From Squalus acanthias (Eukaryota): DNA of 64,000 bases. The stretch is from contig CM059432.1 in assembly GCA_030390025.1 (NCBI GenBank), positions 117,864,001-117,928,000 of the forward strand. Direction: 5' to 3'. The position numbers and the translations under genes are program-made. Shown piece after piece: positions 1-13,379 of this stretch (the stretch's first letter is position 1; every line of letters begins with the position of its first letter). The notes beneath the pieces were generated by a model that did not search any database, was not told the origin of the DNA, and saw nothing but the letters and a program-made list of their open reading frames with translations.

Positions 1-946
1 CCCTCGGCGACATCATCTGAAAATGTAACATCAGATTCCAGATGTACACTGACCTCTCTTGACCCCTTTGCTGCCTATGAGTATTGGATGAGCAGAAATA
101 TCCTCCAATTAAATATTGGGAAGACTGAAGCCATTGTCTTCGGTCCCCACCACGAGCGCCATTCCCTAGCCACCGATTCCATCCCTGTCACTGGCCGCTG
201 TCTCAGGTTGAACCAAACTGTTCACAACCTTGGCCTCCTATTTGACCCTGAGCTGAGCTTCTGACCCCATATCTTCTCCATCACCAAGACTGCCAACTTC
301 CACCTCCATAATATTGCCCATCTCAACCCCTGCCTCTGCCGCTCTGCTGCTGAAACCTTCATCCATGCCTTTGTTATCTCCAGACTCGATTAGTTCAATG
401 CTCTCCTGGCTGGTCTCCCATCTTCTGCCCTCCGTAAACTTGAGCCCATCCAAAACTCTGCTGCCTGTATCCTAACTCACACCAAGTCTCATTCACACAT
501 CACCCCATCATCGCTGACCTATATTGGCTCCAGTAAATGCCTCAAATTTAAAATTCTCATCCTTTTGATCAAACCCCTCCATGGCCTCACTCCTCCCTAT
601 CTCTGTAATCTCCTCCAGCCCTACGGCCCTCTGAGAACTCTGCTTTCCTCTTAATCTGGCCTCTTTTGCTTCCCCGATTTCCATCGCCCCACAATTGGCA
701 GCCATGCATTCAGCTGTCTCGGCCCCAAACACTGCAATTCCTTCCCTAAACCTCTCCACCTCTCTACCTCTCTTTCCTGCTTTAAGGCACTCTTTAAAAT
801 CTACCTCTTTGGCCAAGGGTTTGGTCACCTGGCCTAATATCACCTTATGTGGCTTGGTGTCACATTTTGTCTGATAACGCTCCTGTGAGACGTCTTGGGA
901 GGTTTTACTATGTTAAAGGTCCTATATAAATGCAAGTTGTTATTGT
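1..946 (+). mobile_element. L2-clade LINE, 3' part (degenerate RT C-terminus and 3' tail)
   Basis: Reads as PLGDII..FQMY.D, QLNIGKTEAIVFG, TFIHAFVISRLD..NALLAGLP. Ends in the L2-type tail gctcctgtgagacgtcttggga...tataaatgcaagttgttattg. Homologous to 14590-15390. Confidence 0.85.
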
Positions 947-1895
947 AACGGCACCCTGATTTGCATAAATTCTTGAGGCTCTCACCTGCTTCAGGCAACT
1001 GCCTCAGCCACCTAACTGCAGGAAGCAGTTATAATGTTGGCAAGTGGGAACGAGATTGACGTAAGAAAACTACTAGGCACTTGGTTAACTGTTAAACAAA
1101 ACTTTAATCAACTGTTTTACAACATGGAGGTCCAGTTGTCCTTCACTAGTTCCTGTTAAAGAATGTCCTGAGCAAGCTGGGCCCATGCCCGAGTATTTAT
1201 ACTCTCCCTGGACAGCACCACCAGCAGGTCGCCCAGTATTATGTCATAAGTCATTTCCCATGAATGACAAGATTCATGTCAGAGGCAGTAAGGCAGAATG
1301 TTCCATTTTAAAGGCCCCGCCTCGCCATTTCTGCCAGGTGGGGTGGGTTAAAATTCCCCATTATTTTGAGGGATTCAGCTGCGTCTGAAGAGAACATTAT
1401 ATCAAGAAGCTTTGGCCGCAAAATTCATCTACGTAGCTCCGATACTTTGGTTGTTTTTTTCTGAAATGGCATCCGCCTCGCTTCCGCCCACTTACGGCGC
1501 GGCCCGTCCTGATCACCATCTTGGTGAGGGCGATAGCGCAGGTGGTGCGCCGGCAATATGCAGAGTTGGCAGAACGTGACGTCAGTCCGGGTGTAATGCT
1601 GATTGGATGCACAACCTGCCATTTTCGACGTCGCCGCTCCATTCAACACCCTTCCTAAACACGTACAGCTGAACATGCTTTCAGCTGCAGGAAGGACCCC
1701 CCCACCAGCGCTAGTTAAAGGGCTACATCCAACTTGCAGCTAAGTTGCTATTGCTTTTGTACTGGGTCTTGCAGAGTTTGTAGGAGTGCTGGGTTTTTGC
1801 TGTAAGAGATTTCAAAAGTTGTTAAAGTGTGCAGGGAGTGCTGCTGGACGTTGGGAAGGTGTTGGCTGCAACCGGAAGGCCCCTGAATACACCAC

Positions 1896-3040
1896 TTGCT
1901 CCCAGTCAAGGGGGCTCTAGTTGCAGTCTCCCTCGCACTGCAGCATGACAGGGAGATGGAGCAGAGGCAGAAGAGAAGTCAAGCTGCTCGCAGAGGGAGG
2001 AGGAGGAGGGGGAGGAGGGCTCTCATCAGGAGGCCTTACCCACTAGTGTCTTCAGGGAGCACTTCTCCTGCCTGCACCTAAGCCAGGAGCAGTGTCTTTG
2101 GTGACTCAGCTTCACCAAGGAGGTGGTCACAGAACTCTGCCCCCTCTTGGAACCAGACCTGCAGCCTCAGAGCAGGGCGATGACGGCGCTGCCAATGGCC
2201 CTCAAGGTGACCGTGGCCCTGAATTTTTTTGCCAGCAGATCCTTCCATTCTGGAGCAGGCAACATTGCTAACATCTCACAGTTCGCCATCCATCGCTGCA
2301 TCCATGAGGGCACAAAGGCTCTGTACGCTAGGAAAGGGGACTTCATTGTCTTCTCTCTAAACAGAGAGAAGCAGGAGGAGCACGCATGTGGCTTTGCCAG
2401 GATAGCGGGCTTCCTCATGGTGCAGGGCATCATCGACTGCACACATGTGGCTTTGCGGGCGCAGCATGTCAATGGGGAGATGTGCCGTAATCACAAAGGG
2501 TTCCACTCACTTAATGTGCAGTTGGTGTGCAACCACGCCCAGCACATCATGCTAGTAAATGCCCTGCGATCCTGGCAACAGACATGATGAGTTCATCCTG
2601 CGCCAGTTCGCTGTGCCAACAATCTTCCAACCATCACGTCGAACCCAAGGTAGCTGCTCGGAGACAAGGGCTATCCGCACCACACCTGGCTGATGACTCC
2701 CCTCCGCAACCCCACGACTCGTGGCCAGCACTCATATAATGAGAGCCATGCTGCCACGAGGAATGCAATTGAGCAGACCACCGGGGTGCTGAAGACATGG
2801 TTCCGCTGCCTTGACCGCTCGGGAGGAGCCCTCCAGTACTCGCCGGAGCGGGTGTCCCAATCCATGGTGGTCTGCTGCATGCTCCACAACTTGGCCATCA
2901 TGAGGGCGCAGCCCTTGCCACCACGGGTTCCGAGACCACCTCAGGAGGAGAAGGAGGAGAAGGAAGGGAGGAGGCAGGCAGCAGATCCCTGTTCCAGACG
3001 GGCTGTCCATGAGCGCCTCATCAGACTCCGGTTCCTCTGA
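1896..3040 (+). pseudogene. Harbinger (HARBI1-like) DDE transposase, disrupted
   Basis: ORF pieces [61 protein letters not shown], with frameshifts and stops. Confidence 0.9.
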
Positions 3041-3231
3041 ATGAAACGCCAGATCCCTGTTGCTTAACACTTCTCCAACTTACCATCCCTCTGTCACGGA
3101 ACATCACAGTGTCCTCTTGGCCACAATGCTGAAATGAAGGCCACCACAAAACAAACATTCCAAACCACATTTAGAATTCAAGCAATCCAATACTACATAA
3201 CAAAGTCAACTAATCACCCCTGTGCATTCCC

Positions 3232-5136
3232 TTAGTGCCTGTCTTCTGTGTGCCTTTGGCTGTCTAGTGCTCCTATGAAGTGCTACCCCAGTGGCTGCAG
3301 CATGGCTGGTAAAAGGCTGCTGACTTTCAGTGGGCAAGACTGCAGATGGCCTTGGAGGATGACCTCGAGCATCTCTGGGCCTAGAAGGCCTGACTGCAGA
3401 CTGTACCACCTCGTCATGGGCGGCAGCAGTCTGGGCCGGCTGGCAGATAGGCAACAGCAAGGGCACTGGCGGAGTGGCAGTGGTGGGAGTACTAAGGCTG
3501 TCATCTGAGAGAGGAAAACAGGTTTGTGCTCCACGGAGCCACTGCCACTCCCCCAGGGCGGCGCCTCAGCAATTCTAATAATCTGTTGGAGGACAGATTG
3601 CTGGACTGCTGTGACACCCTGCAAGTACCCTTTCAATACTGGTAAATGCAGCCACGATGGCAGCAGTCTGAGCTTGCGTGGAAGCAAGATGAGCCTGGAT
3701 GAAAGCAGTCTGAGCTTGCGTGTCAGAAGTCAGACGTTGGATCACTTCCACTTGTGCTGCAATGGAAGCTGAGACATCGGCCATCCGACATTGCATCATG
3801 GTTGGGTCCACAAGTGCTCTAATGGAGTTGCCCATCACTTCCATATTGAAATCATGGGCTCCATGCTCTGCACAAAGCCCTGTGCAAGGTTGGTGCCAGG
3901 CTCCTCCATGCTCCTTGACAGTGACAACAGGCTCTTTGACAGGCCTGCCAATGCACAAAGCATTTCTCTGTGCATGCCCATCACCCTGCTTCTGTAGTCA
4001 GCCCCATCGAAGTCCTCATCTGAGTCCTCTGCAGCAGAACTAGTGTGCGAAACACGCCCTCCAGGGAGCTGGCACCTGCGCTACCCTTTCCCGCTGCCCT
4101 GGCTGCAGGCCACTCATGCCCGGTGACTCACCACGTGCAGATCCCACCTCTATACTACTCTCTAAAGTACGCCCAGTGCCAGTTTCTGAGCTGGTGCCTG
4201 CGAGTGTGAGATCGAGTGACGGTGTCTCTTCTTCTCCATCACTCCATCACTCTCCTCTTGGTCTTCCTGCACTGGCTGGCAAGGTTGGAGTTCTTGGGTA
4301 TCTGAAAGGAGAAAGGCACAGGGGTCGGGTTGCGGTGAGGGGAGGGGAGGGGTGTGGGGAAAGCAAGATGTGCATGCTTACACCAACAGCAGCTTGTAAG
4401 TGAGAAGAGATTGTGGGATGAGAGGGAAGTGGGATGTAAGAAGGAGGATTAGGTATGAGCATACCATCATCTTCCATGGTTTCAGCCTCGCCAATCGCTA
4501 CGACCTCGGTGACGGCCCCTCCAATGATCTCCAGCTCTGTGTCCTCCTGCTGGCTAAGGATATGCAGCTGTGCCTCTCCCCCACTGGTTAGCGCCTGCTA
4601 TCTCCTGTTATGAGCCACCTTGCCTTGCAAGAGAGAGGGAAGTGTGCCAGTCAGTGTGGTGCAATGTGTTTGGGTGATGTGCCTGTCATGGTTGAATAGC
4701 TGGCAGTGTGTCCAAGGTGTGAGATGTTGGTGTGAGCCTTGCAGCAGTGTTAAGTGTGTGAGGGTGAGGTGAAGCTATGATTGTGAGGTATGAGTCATGA
4801 TAGGTAGAGATTGTTGGTAGGTGAGTGATGGGGGTGTGGTGCATTGAGCAGTGTGTGTGGCTAGTGGTGCAGTTGGTGGGATGTGGCATTTGAAGATGCA
4901 TTCGCTCATGTGAGGTCATTTAACTTCTTTCGGCATTGGATCCAGGTCCTTGGGGCAAGACTGCTGGCAGTGACCGCTTCGGCTATCTACTCCCACTGCC
5001 TTCTTACTGTGTGTCTAGAGGGCCTCCTGACACCCTGCGTGTAGAGGACCTGTATCCTCCTTTCTACGTCCTGCACTAAGGCCTCCAGTACTGCGTCTGA
5101 GAACCTTGGAGCCCTTTTTCTGCCCTGTTGAGCCAT
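3232..5136 (-). pseudogene. Harbinger Myb/SANT-like DNA-binding protein gene, spliced, disrupted
   Basis: ATG at 5136 reads MAQQGRKRAPRFSDAVLEALV, followed by PRTWIQCRKKLNDL. The C-terminal part resembles 32745-33467 (QQSVLQQI, QTAAAH.E.VQSA). Confidence 0.8.
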
Positions 5137-5559
5137 TGCTCACTCAGTTGCCTTCACAAGCAGTTCCAGCAGTTCACCTTTAAGAGGTGCAGACTGCCTT
5201 TAAAAAGTGGAGGCTAGCTTTAGAACTAGCCGCACACGAACTTCGGCCCCCTGCTGAGCGCTCAGCCATTCAGCAGTGTGCTCAGCGCTGGTCCGAACGC
5301 AGCAATCATGATAATTAGTAGGCAGCGCAAAGGCTCCGTGTTGCTTCATCGCAATCCCCGCACCTGTTTTTGTACCTAATCGAGCTTTTAGCCCGAGAAC
5401 TTTGTTTCCACTGGTTAGGGGAAACAAGAAGAAGATACAAATGCAGATAATCAAAAAAGAATTAAGGGGGACATTAGAAAAATATGCTGTATACAGAGTG
5501 TGGCTAGAATTTGGAATTGCGTGTCCCAAATGTTTGTTGAAGGACACTCTACCAACTCT

Positions 5560-5862
5560 TTTCAAAAGGAATTAGTTTTTTTTTTCCTTGTAGCAGTTGA
5601 GCAATTGCGTAAGTTAACACAGCAAAAACTTGAGCTGAGCAGCAAGTAATCAATCTCGAACTGCACAAAGCCAGTGGAATGTGAAAGGCCAGATGATGCG
5701 ATCGTCCTGCGCCCGTTGAAAGTAATGCAGGCAACATGCAAGCCCTCGCGCTGCCTGCTAATGATCATGAGTGCTGGGTTCAGCCCAGCGCTGAGCACAC
5801 TGCTGAGTGGCTGAGTGCTCAGCAGGGGGCCGAAGTTCGTACGAGGCGAGCTCGATTTAAAG
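5560..5862 (+). mobile_element. Harbinger subterminal fragment, inverted relative to 5235-5345
   Basis: 5760-5842 is the reverse complement of about 5235-5318. Confidence 0.6.
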
Positions 5863-6569
5863 CAATGGTAGATTAAATTTATAAAGTTGCATCTATCGGA
5901 CGGCCTGTACAGTTTTATTGAAGTGGTAGCAAACAGCAATGGAAATCAAGTTCGGAATTTGGGTTGTAGATGCAAGGCCCTTTGGTGATGTGAATATCAG
6001 CATTTCCTTAATTTTGTAATATTTACTCCGGTAATTACTAGAAAGCAACGTTGATGACCTCACCCACGCTTCGTACTTTACGACCCACAGTCTCAGTATA
6101 ACTGTAGCCTTCCTCTAGTCTGCTCAACATTGTCAGATCTGCAAAAAAATGAATATTACATTTGTTACCAAGACAGCTACCCCAGGCTATAGCAACACAT
6201 GAGGAATAATGCTCAATACAGACTATGGTGAACTTAGTAAGTGTAATGAGGTAGAATCAGAATGGGAAAAAGCAGACAGGAAGATGGTTCAGCTGGCTAA
6301 GGCAATGAATAGCTGAGCCATGCAGCCTATAGTAGGCCCAGGGTTCAATTCCTGGGCTTAACTGAGTACAGCTGTGGGGGTAATTGGTGGGATTACCCTA
6401 TGGTGGGGAAAGGATTCTAGCTCCTGCTGCTTACTCAGGGCCCCCTGCTGATGCCTTCCATGGTCAAATGACCTGTTGTGCCATTGCTTCGACTCACAAA
6501 GAGAAAGATACTAAAGTGACCGTTGTTGATGCAAAGAAAGACAATGAAGAATAGAAGGCATATTCCCAT

Positions 6570-7390
6570 TTACAGTTCGACGTCTCCAACGGCCACAGTG
6601 CCCATGACCTGGGCGGCAATGATGCAGCCCATTCGCTCCTCCAGGTCTGTAAGGGGTGCATGATCTCCTCCCATTCGTACCTGCTCCCTCCTGTTGTGAG
6701 CAAGCTTGGCCTCCAAGATAAAGGAAAGCGTGTGAGCAAGTGTGCAGCTATAGTTAAATGGCTGTTAATGTATGTGAGATGTGCATGTCACTTTTAGTTG
6801 GTGGGCATAGTTGGTGGGAGAGTGTTGGGGATGTGTCGGTTTATACAGTGTGTGCACAGAGTGAGGTTGAGATGGTGGCATGTAGAGGTTTTTGAAGCAT
6901 CTACTCACCCTGACCATGCAAGTAAGGTCGTTGAATTTCTTCCGGCACTGGGTGGGAGTTCTGGGGACCACACTTCTGGCCGACATGTGCTGGGCGACCT
7001 CCCTCCACATTCTCCTAAAGGCCTGTGGCAATGGCCTCTGCCAGTGTCCGGGAAGAGCACTGCCCATCAGCGTTCCACGGCCGCGATCAGAGCCTCCAAG
7101 GCATGGTCGCTGAACCGGCGAGCTCTCTCTCTGGGCATCTGATCAGCCATCAGTTGCTTAAAGGAAGGCTTGCAGCTCCTTGCAGGCCCAGTTCACAAGC
7201 AGCAATGATCAGAGTGAGGCTGTGCAGCATGATTGAACCTCCCCGTTAAGAACTGGACTCTCTAATTGACAGCGTTGGAACTTGATTAGCGCTCTGAAGG
7301 TAACGCCCCTCTCTGCGACTTTAGCGCCCTAAGAGAAGTGTGTAGCGCTTGATTTAGCGCTCCACCTCCCTCTTGGGGCGCGAAAACTCA
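6570..7390 (-). mobile_element. Harbinger fragment with Myb/SANT exons and subterminal region
   Basis: MPRERARRFSDHALEAL and WREVAQHMSARSVVPRTPTQCRKKFNDL, followed by a GTGAGT donor as in the intact copy. Confidence 0.8.
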
Positions 7391-7497
7391 ATTTTGCGTT
7401 CACCAGCGCTAATTATGGAAAATATGACATGTAAAACCGGCTGTTGCTTTGCTACCGCCTGCTTTGTGTTACCGCTCACGATTAACTTCACCCCCAA

Positions 7498-10209
7498 GGG
7501 GGTGAATTTTAATCTGCAGGAGCGCGTGGGTTTGGCTGCGGGTGGGGGGGTCAAAACTGGCAAAAATGCGAGTGCGTCAGGAAGCCGGCTCCAACCCGTT
7601 GACTTGCAAATTTAACGCCACTTCCATGGGTTTCCCAGACTTCCTGAAACCCGCCCTTGAAAGCAGGTGAGAACACAACAGCAATTGAGGGGGCTGATTA
7701 AAACTCATGGAAATACTACAATAACTACACAGTACTCACAGCTGCTTTCTCACCTACTAATGGGAAAGGGTTTGTTCACATTACTTTTGCTGAGAGGTTA
7801 CTTTCTACACTTTGGTGGTTTTCTGAATCACATCAGGATGGGTGGCATTTTGGCTGCCTTAGATTGGACCTCGGATGAGGAGCAATATGATCAGCAGCAG
7901 CAGCAGCCTGCTCTTGAAAGACCTGTAGCTGGACAGCAGAGAGGGGAGCAGCAGAGAGGTGCATTTCACAGAGGGCACTAACTGTGACACAGGGGGCACA
8001 GGCAGAGGCTGACTTTCCTTGACATGTCGAAACAGCAGTGTTTCAGGAGGCTCAGCTTGTCACGTCAGGTGGTGGCCGACATCTGCAGCTTCCTCGAAGA
8101 CCTGCTGTCTGCTGAACCTGGTGGCCACGCATTACCAGTGGCTGTCAAAGTCACCACCACCCTCAACCTTTTAGCCTCTGGCTCCTTCCAAGGCTCTGCC
8201 GGAGACATATCTAGGATCTCCCAGTTGGCGGGGATGGGTGACTGATGGGTTGTTTGGCAGGGCCGGCAATTATGTCAACTTTGTCTGCGATGAGGCTAGT
8301 CAGAATGAGCGGGCGCTCGGGTTTGCATCTCTGGCTGGCTTCCCACAGGTGCAGCACATCATAAATTGTAGACACATGGTAATCAGGGCACCCCCAGAAC
8401 AACCAGGAGTATTTGTCAACCGCAAGGGCTTCCACTCCATCAATGTGAAGCTGGTGTGCAACCATAAAAAGCTACTTATGCAAGTGTGCACAAGATTCCC
8501 GGGAGGTGACATGAAGCTTTCATCCTGTGGCAGTCCAAACTCCCTGACCTCTTTGGACCTGCAAACAGAGTTAAAGGGCAGCTGTTAAGAGTGTGGAAGT
8601 GTATTTTTTCTTGGACACAAAATGGCTTCCTAGACACAGAAAGAGTGATACAAAATGGCCGACTCTGACTTGTTTGGGAAAAGATAAAGTTGTTTATGAC
8701 TTCTCATGGAGATGAATTTAAACTTTGCAGACTATGCTGTTTTCATAGTCTGCTGGTACAGAACAAAAAAAGGCTTCTTCTAATCAACTTGAGATAACCA
8801 AGGACTAATGAAGTAAACATCTATGTGCCTTGGCCTTGGTGGGAGAAGAAGAACAGACAGACAGACTCCATGACTGTAGAGATTAGCTAGTCTTATCTTA
8901 AGGCATTTCTATTTTTTTAACTTTTAACTTAGCTTACTTTAAACAACATGTCATGTGATATAGAAAGCTTGTATTTTCAGTGTATAAAGATGTTTCATTT
9001 TCTTTGATTCTTCAGAATGTCATGTAGCCGTTGACTACATGCAGTCTCCTTGTGTGCAAGTAAATAATAAAGCCTGTCTTTGACGATACTTTATGTTTCA
9101 AGAGTCTTACTCGGAAGTCGAAACTTCGACAAGAGACAAGATATAACCACTTCAAACTTGGCTGATGACACCCATCAGAAACCCAACCAATGAAGCCCAA
9201 CAGCGCTACAATGAATGTCATATGACCGCTAATGTGTGCTTGAACACGATATCGGTATGCTGAAGATGAGCTTCAGGTGCCTCGAAAGATCTGGAGGCGC
9301 CCTTCAGTATGCACCAGCCAAGGTCTCCAGAATGGTCATGGTGTGCTGCGCTCTGCACAACATTGCACAGCAGTGAGGTTTGGAACTGCAGGAGGAACAA
9401 GGCCCAGAGCTCAGATCCTCTTTGGACAATTCCGAGGAAGGTAATGAGGGTAAGGCACCACCAGCTGCTCATATTGCTGCCTGGGATGCCCTTTTTAATG
9501 CAAGGTTCACTTAAATTGTACCAGTGGACCCATGTCACAACAGATGCAAGGGCCACTCTTCCCACCCCCCTAATGCCACTAACACAAAACAATCCTGCAA
9601 ACGACCAATCATCTCCCCATTGGTCCCCATCAATTCATGTCTTCCCATTCATCATCAAACAAGTTAAAAGGCGACTTGCCACCCAGCAACCAAGAATGGG
9701 CAAGACTGGAAAGTGGTTATGTCATTAAAGCGCTTCCTGCACTGAATCCAGGAGCATGGTACAATGCTCCAGCTGTTGAACTCCTTTGCCACATCCAGCC
9801 ACGCCTTCTTTGTGGCAGCAGCAGGTTTCTTCCTCCCATTGCTAGGGAAGAGTAGCTCCCTCCGACTTGTCACTGCCCCCAGCAGTACATCAAGGGAGGC
9901 GTCGTTAATGCGGGGCGCAGCCTTTGAACGTCCTGAGTCCATCTTCTATCATTTCTGTCCCTGTGTAAAACCTCCCAACTACTCCAAATTGCATCTTTGG
10001 AGTGTCCCTTTAAATACTGGCGTTGCGATCGCGTCATGTGGGTCCACATCACACCCGTTACCGCTGATTGGACGGGAAACTCGAATTAAAATGCTAATGA
10101 GGTGTCTGAGTTAAAAAGCCACTGACAGATGCACTGAACTTACTTCCGGGTTTTCTGCGCGGTATCAGAATCCCCGCTCCCAATGCGTAGCCGAGTTAAT
10201 ATCGAGGCC
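7498..10209. mobile_element. Degenerate Harbinger: transposase (+, ~7840-9510) and Myb/SANT remnant (-, ~9700-9942)
   Basis: QCFRRLSLSRQVVADIC, RKGFHSINVKLVCNH; APRINDASLDVLL..WIQCRKRFNDI. Ends resemble GGGGGTGAATTTT and AATATCGAGGCC. Confidence 0.8.
8592..9131 (+). mobile_element. Solo LTR (540 bp) inserted in the Harbinger transposase
   Basis: TGTGGAAG...CTTCGACA termini, 4-bp TSD AGAG (8588-8591, 9132-9135), TATAAA near 8983, AATAAA near 9066. The transposase sequence resumes directly after it. Confidence 0.8.
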
Positions 10210-10339
10210 AAGGTCTACGTGTACAATACTATCGGGCTCCAGCACCCAAAGGGCAGTAGCATTCCGGGTGCCTCTGACTGCAGCATCAGCCATAGTCTTA
10301 TTTGTCAGATTAATGTTTACGGGGCCTTAGTTGCTACTT

Positions 10340-10495
10340 TGCCCAACGTATACAAGGCACACCTGGTAAGCAGCTGAATATGAAATTTGCTCGATGACTA
10401 ACCAAGACTTTATGAGCGATGGGAGCACAAGTGAATAATGAAGGCACCAATCCTGAGTGCAATAAAATTCCATAATCCATGACTCACCATCAGGC
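10340..10495 (+). repeat. Unclassified old interspersed repeat (second copy at 19534-19690)
   Basis: Both copies share tgcccaa.gtatacaa, gaatatgaaattt, tgggagcaca.gtgaa, ctgagtgcaataaaattcca.aatccatga.tcaccatca. Confidence 0.6.
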
Positions 10496-10687
10496 ATTTA
10501 CAATGTTGCAAAGTATAAATTAAAAAACTTCTCCTAAACCAACTGTATTTGACCTAGGCTATAAATATTAAAGGTACTTCAATACCGAGCTGGACTTTAT
10601 ATGAAGTGGATTTCTCCGCTTTTCAGAAGATGCCATCCACCACCTTGAAAATCACAATTGAGGATTAGAGTTTCAAACTAAAATCCA

Positions 10688-10795
10688 ATGTTGCCTTTCC
10701 TACATTACAACAGTGACTGCACTTCAACAGTACTTCATTGGCTGTAAAGCACTCTGGGAGTTCCTGAGGTTGTGAAAGGCGCTATAGAAATGCTT
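10688..10795 (+). mobile_element. Deu-domain SINE (AmnSINE1/SacSINE1-like) 3' tail
   Basis: ttcctacattacaacagtgact.cacttcaa..gtacttcattggctgtaaagc...gtgaaaggcgctata. Reverse copies at 29917-30025 and 41524-41816. Confidence 0.65.
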
Positions 10796-10861
10796 TTTAA
10801 TGGTGCCAGTTCAAGTTTCTGTTACTGTGACTTTTTGCCACACTATATGCAGAAAGATAAA

Positions 10862-11937
10862 GGGCCGATTTTAAGCCAGCTCACCCGATGGGAACGGGAC
10901 CGAAGGGAGGTTAAAATCATGTCTGGGGGCTTCCAGCACCCTTCCCACACCGTTCCCGGCACCTCCCGCATTTTAACTCACCTGTTTCTGGATCGGTGTT
11001 AGGTGCCCGCCCCAGGCAAGTGGGGTCCTAATTAAAAGGTGAGTCGCGCTCCGGTGACGTCATTCCCACATCCACTGCATTTGAACTCGAAATCACGGAT
11101 GCCTGGCCCAGTCTCGGACCCCCCAAAAAACTTAGCGGGATTGGTGTCTGACAGCTCCTGAATCAGTATAAAAGGGGGATGCCACTGCTTCACAGGATCT
11201 TTTGCTGTATGGGAGTATAAATTGCGGAGTACGCCTCCGACCCGTGAAACAAATCCGAACCTATCCCCAGGCGCCCAGACTGTGGAGAGCTCAGGTCTCA
11301 GGCCTCCAGGCAGACGTCAGCATAAAGGTCCACGGATCCCAAGGACACAGGCGGTTCAGAAGCGTCCCTGGGATCACGTGGGCCCGGTCCTCCAATCACA
11401 AAGGAGGATTCCATTGCAGTCATTTATGAAGGGATTCCCCTAATGATATGCAAAGGAAATCCCCAAATAATTATACAATTTACACAATTCTAATGATTAT
11501 AAATGTACTGAATTTCAATTTTATTCATAAGTCCCTTCATTACACCAACCTCAATAAAAATTTATTTTTTTATTAAATAATTTTAAACATTTTAATCCAG
11601 GCCAATATTTGCATAAACTAATTTATTGTGTATGTGCATCATTTTTGATTTTTAAATGTTTAATTTAAGGCTTATATATACCCTTGCACTGATGAAAGCA
11701 GGCCCTACACCTGCTTTTACCTGCTCTAAGAGCTTTGTGGGCAATTGCTGGGCAGCATTTGGGCAAATAGCCCAACTCTGCGCCAGCAATACAGTGCTTC
11801 CAGTCAGTCCGGATGATCTGTCAAGGCATACCTTGACAGATTGCAAGTTCCCGATTTCACGCATGCGGAAACCCGGAGGTTGCGGGGCCTTTGAAATGGA
11901 TTACGACAGCGTACTCCAAGACTGCAGATTCCAGCCC
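10862..11937. mobile_element. Non-autonomous Harbinger-type element(s) (MITE)
   Basis: Ends GGGCCGATTTT and AGATTCCAGCCC, resembling other Harbinger TIRs in the window. No coding capacity. Confidence 0.45.
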
Positions 11938-12039
11938 ATGATTTTGCAGGAGCGTATCTTGTGTTGCCATATAACCCCTTAGCCGGCTTTCTCTATTTAT
12001 TCTGGGAGACATTCTTGCTTCTGTGTTCTGGAAAGAGCA

Positions 12040-13100
12040 AAACTTGAAGGGGGAGTTGCAGTCTCAGCAACCAGCATCACCCGCCCCACCAGCACCTGGG
12101 CCTCTCAGGTCGGGGGCAAGCACTCAGAAGGCCATAGTCAGAACACAGGCCAAGAGTTAGCTTCTTGGACCTATCAGAAGAGCAGTCCAGGAGGAGGCTG
12201 CACTTCTCCAGGCATTCTGTCGCTGCAACTTCCTTCACCATGACCTGTTAGACCAGGAGAGCAGATCATGCCAATGGCCCTCAACGTCACCACAGCCCCG
12301 AATTCATATGCCACTGGATCCTTTCGGTCTGCTACAGGGGACATCAGGTGCATCTCCTGGTCTGCAATAACAGCTGCATTAACCAGGTGACCAATGCCCT
12401 CTTTGCCAGGGCCGAAGCATTACATCACCTTCCCCACTGACCTCAGCAGTCGACAGGACGGAGCTCATGGCTTTGCAGCAGTGGCTGTTTTTTTTCGTGT
12501 GCAGGGCATGACTGACTGCACACACATGGCCATCAGCGCCCCGGAACACCGGTCAACAACATTTATCAACAGAAAAGGGTGTCACTCCATCAATGTACAG
12601 CTAGTGGCTGATCACAGGAACTGCATCATGCAGATCTGTCAAGGTACCCAGCGGCTGCCACCATGATTTTATACTCAGACACTCTACTGTTTCCCCCGCT
12701 ATTCGACCCCATGAGGAACGTGACAGGATGGTTGCTGGAGGACAAGGGATACCCCCTGCAGACGTGGCTGATGATGCCCCTGTGTAACCCCACTACGCCC
12801 GAACAGCACAAGTACATCGGAGCCAGGGCACAGCTAGGATCATTCACGAGCACACAATCGGAATGCTCAATCAGAGCTTTGGGTGCCTGGACCACTCGGG
12901 GATTTCCAGGCAATAAGTCCCACAGAGTGTAGAGCATCATCATGGTCTGCTGCATATTGTACAACATTACACAGCAGAGAGATCTGCATTTGGAGAAGGA
13001 GGAAGAGCAGCAGCAACATTCGTCGTCAGATGAGTAAGACCTGAGGGAAGGAGAGGAAGCAGGAACAAGAGGAGGGGCACCTGAGATGTCAGAGATCAGC
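12040..13100 (+). pseudogene. Harbinger transposase, degenerate
   Basis: VQGMTDCTHMAI, RKGCHSINVQLVADH, GWLLEDKGYPLQTWLM. Confidence 0.85.
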
Positions 13101-13379
13101 TCAAAGCCCACGTCTCACGGCCCTGCCCTGAAAACTTAGACAGAGCCGCCTCTGCATAATAGTCCTTATTACATTCTTCCTACCTCTTTCATCCTACATT
13201 GAAGAACATTCAAACCTTTCAGACAACTTCTATATCAATGACATTCATACCATTCAGACTCAGAAGCTGCTGTTAAACTACAGTGCAAACCAAAGTGCCA
13301 AATGTGATAAAGGTGATTAATTTAATACCAAACATAATAATTGCCTTCCGTTCATTTCCTACCCAGGTGATCACCCATA

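Larger units (their letters stand above)
1413..5394. mobile_element. Degenerate PIF/Harbinger DNA transposon (convergent transposase and Myb/SANT genes); ends approximate
   Basis: Same two-gene architecture as the intact element at 31237-35448, with GC-rich subterminal regions. TIRs are not clearly resolved. Confidence 0.75.
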
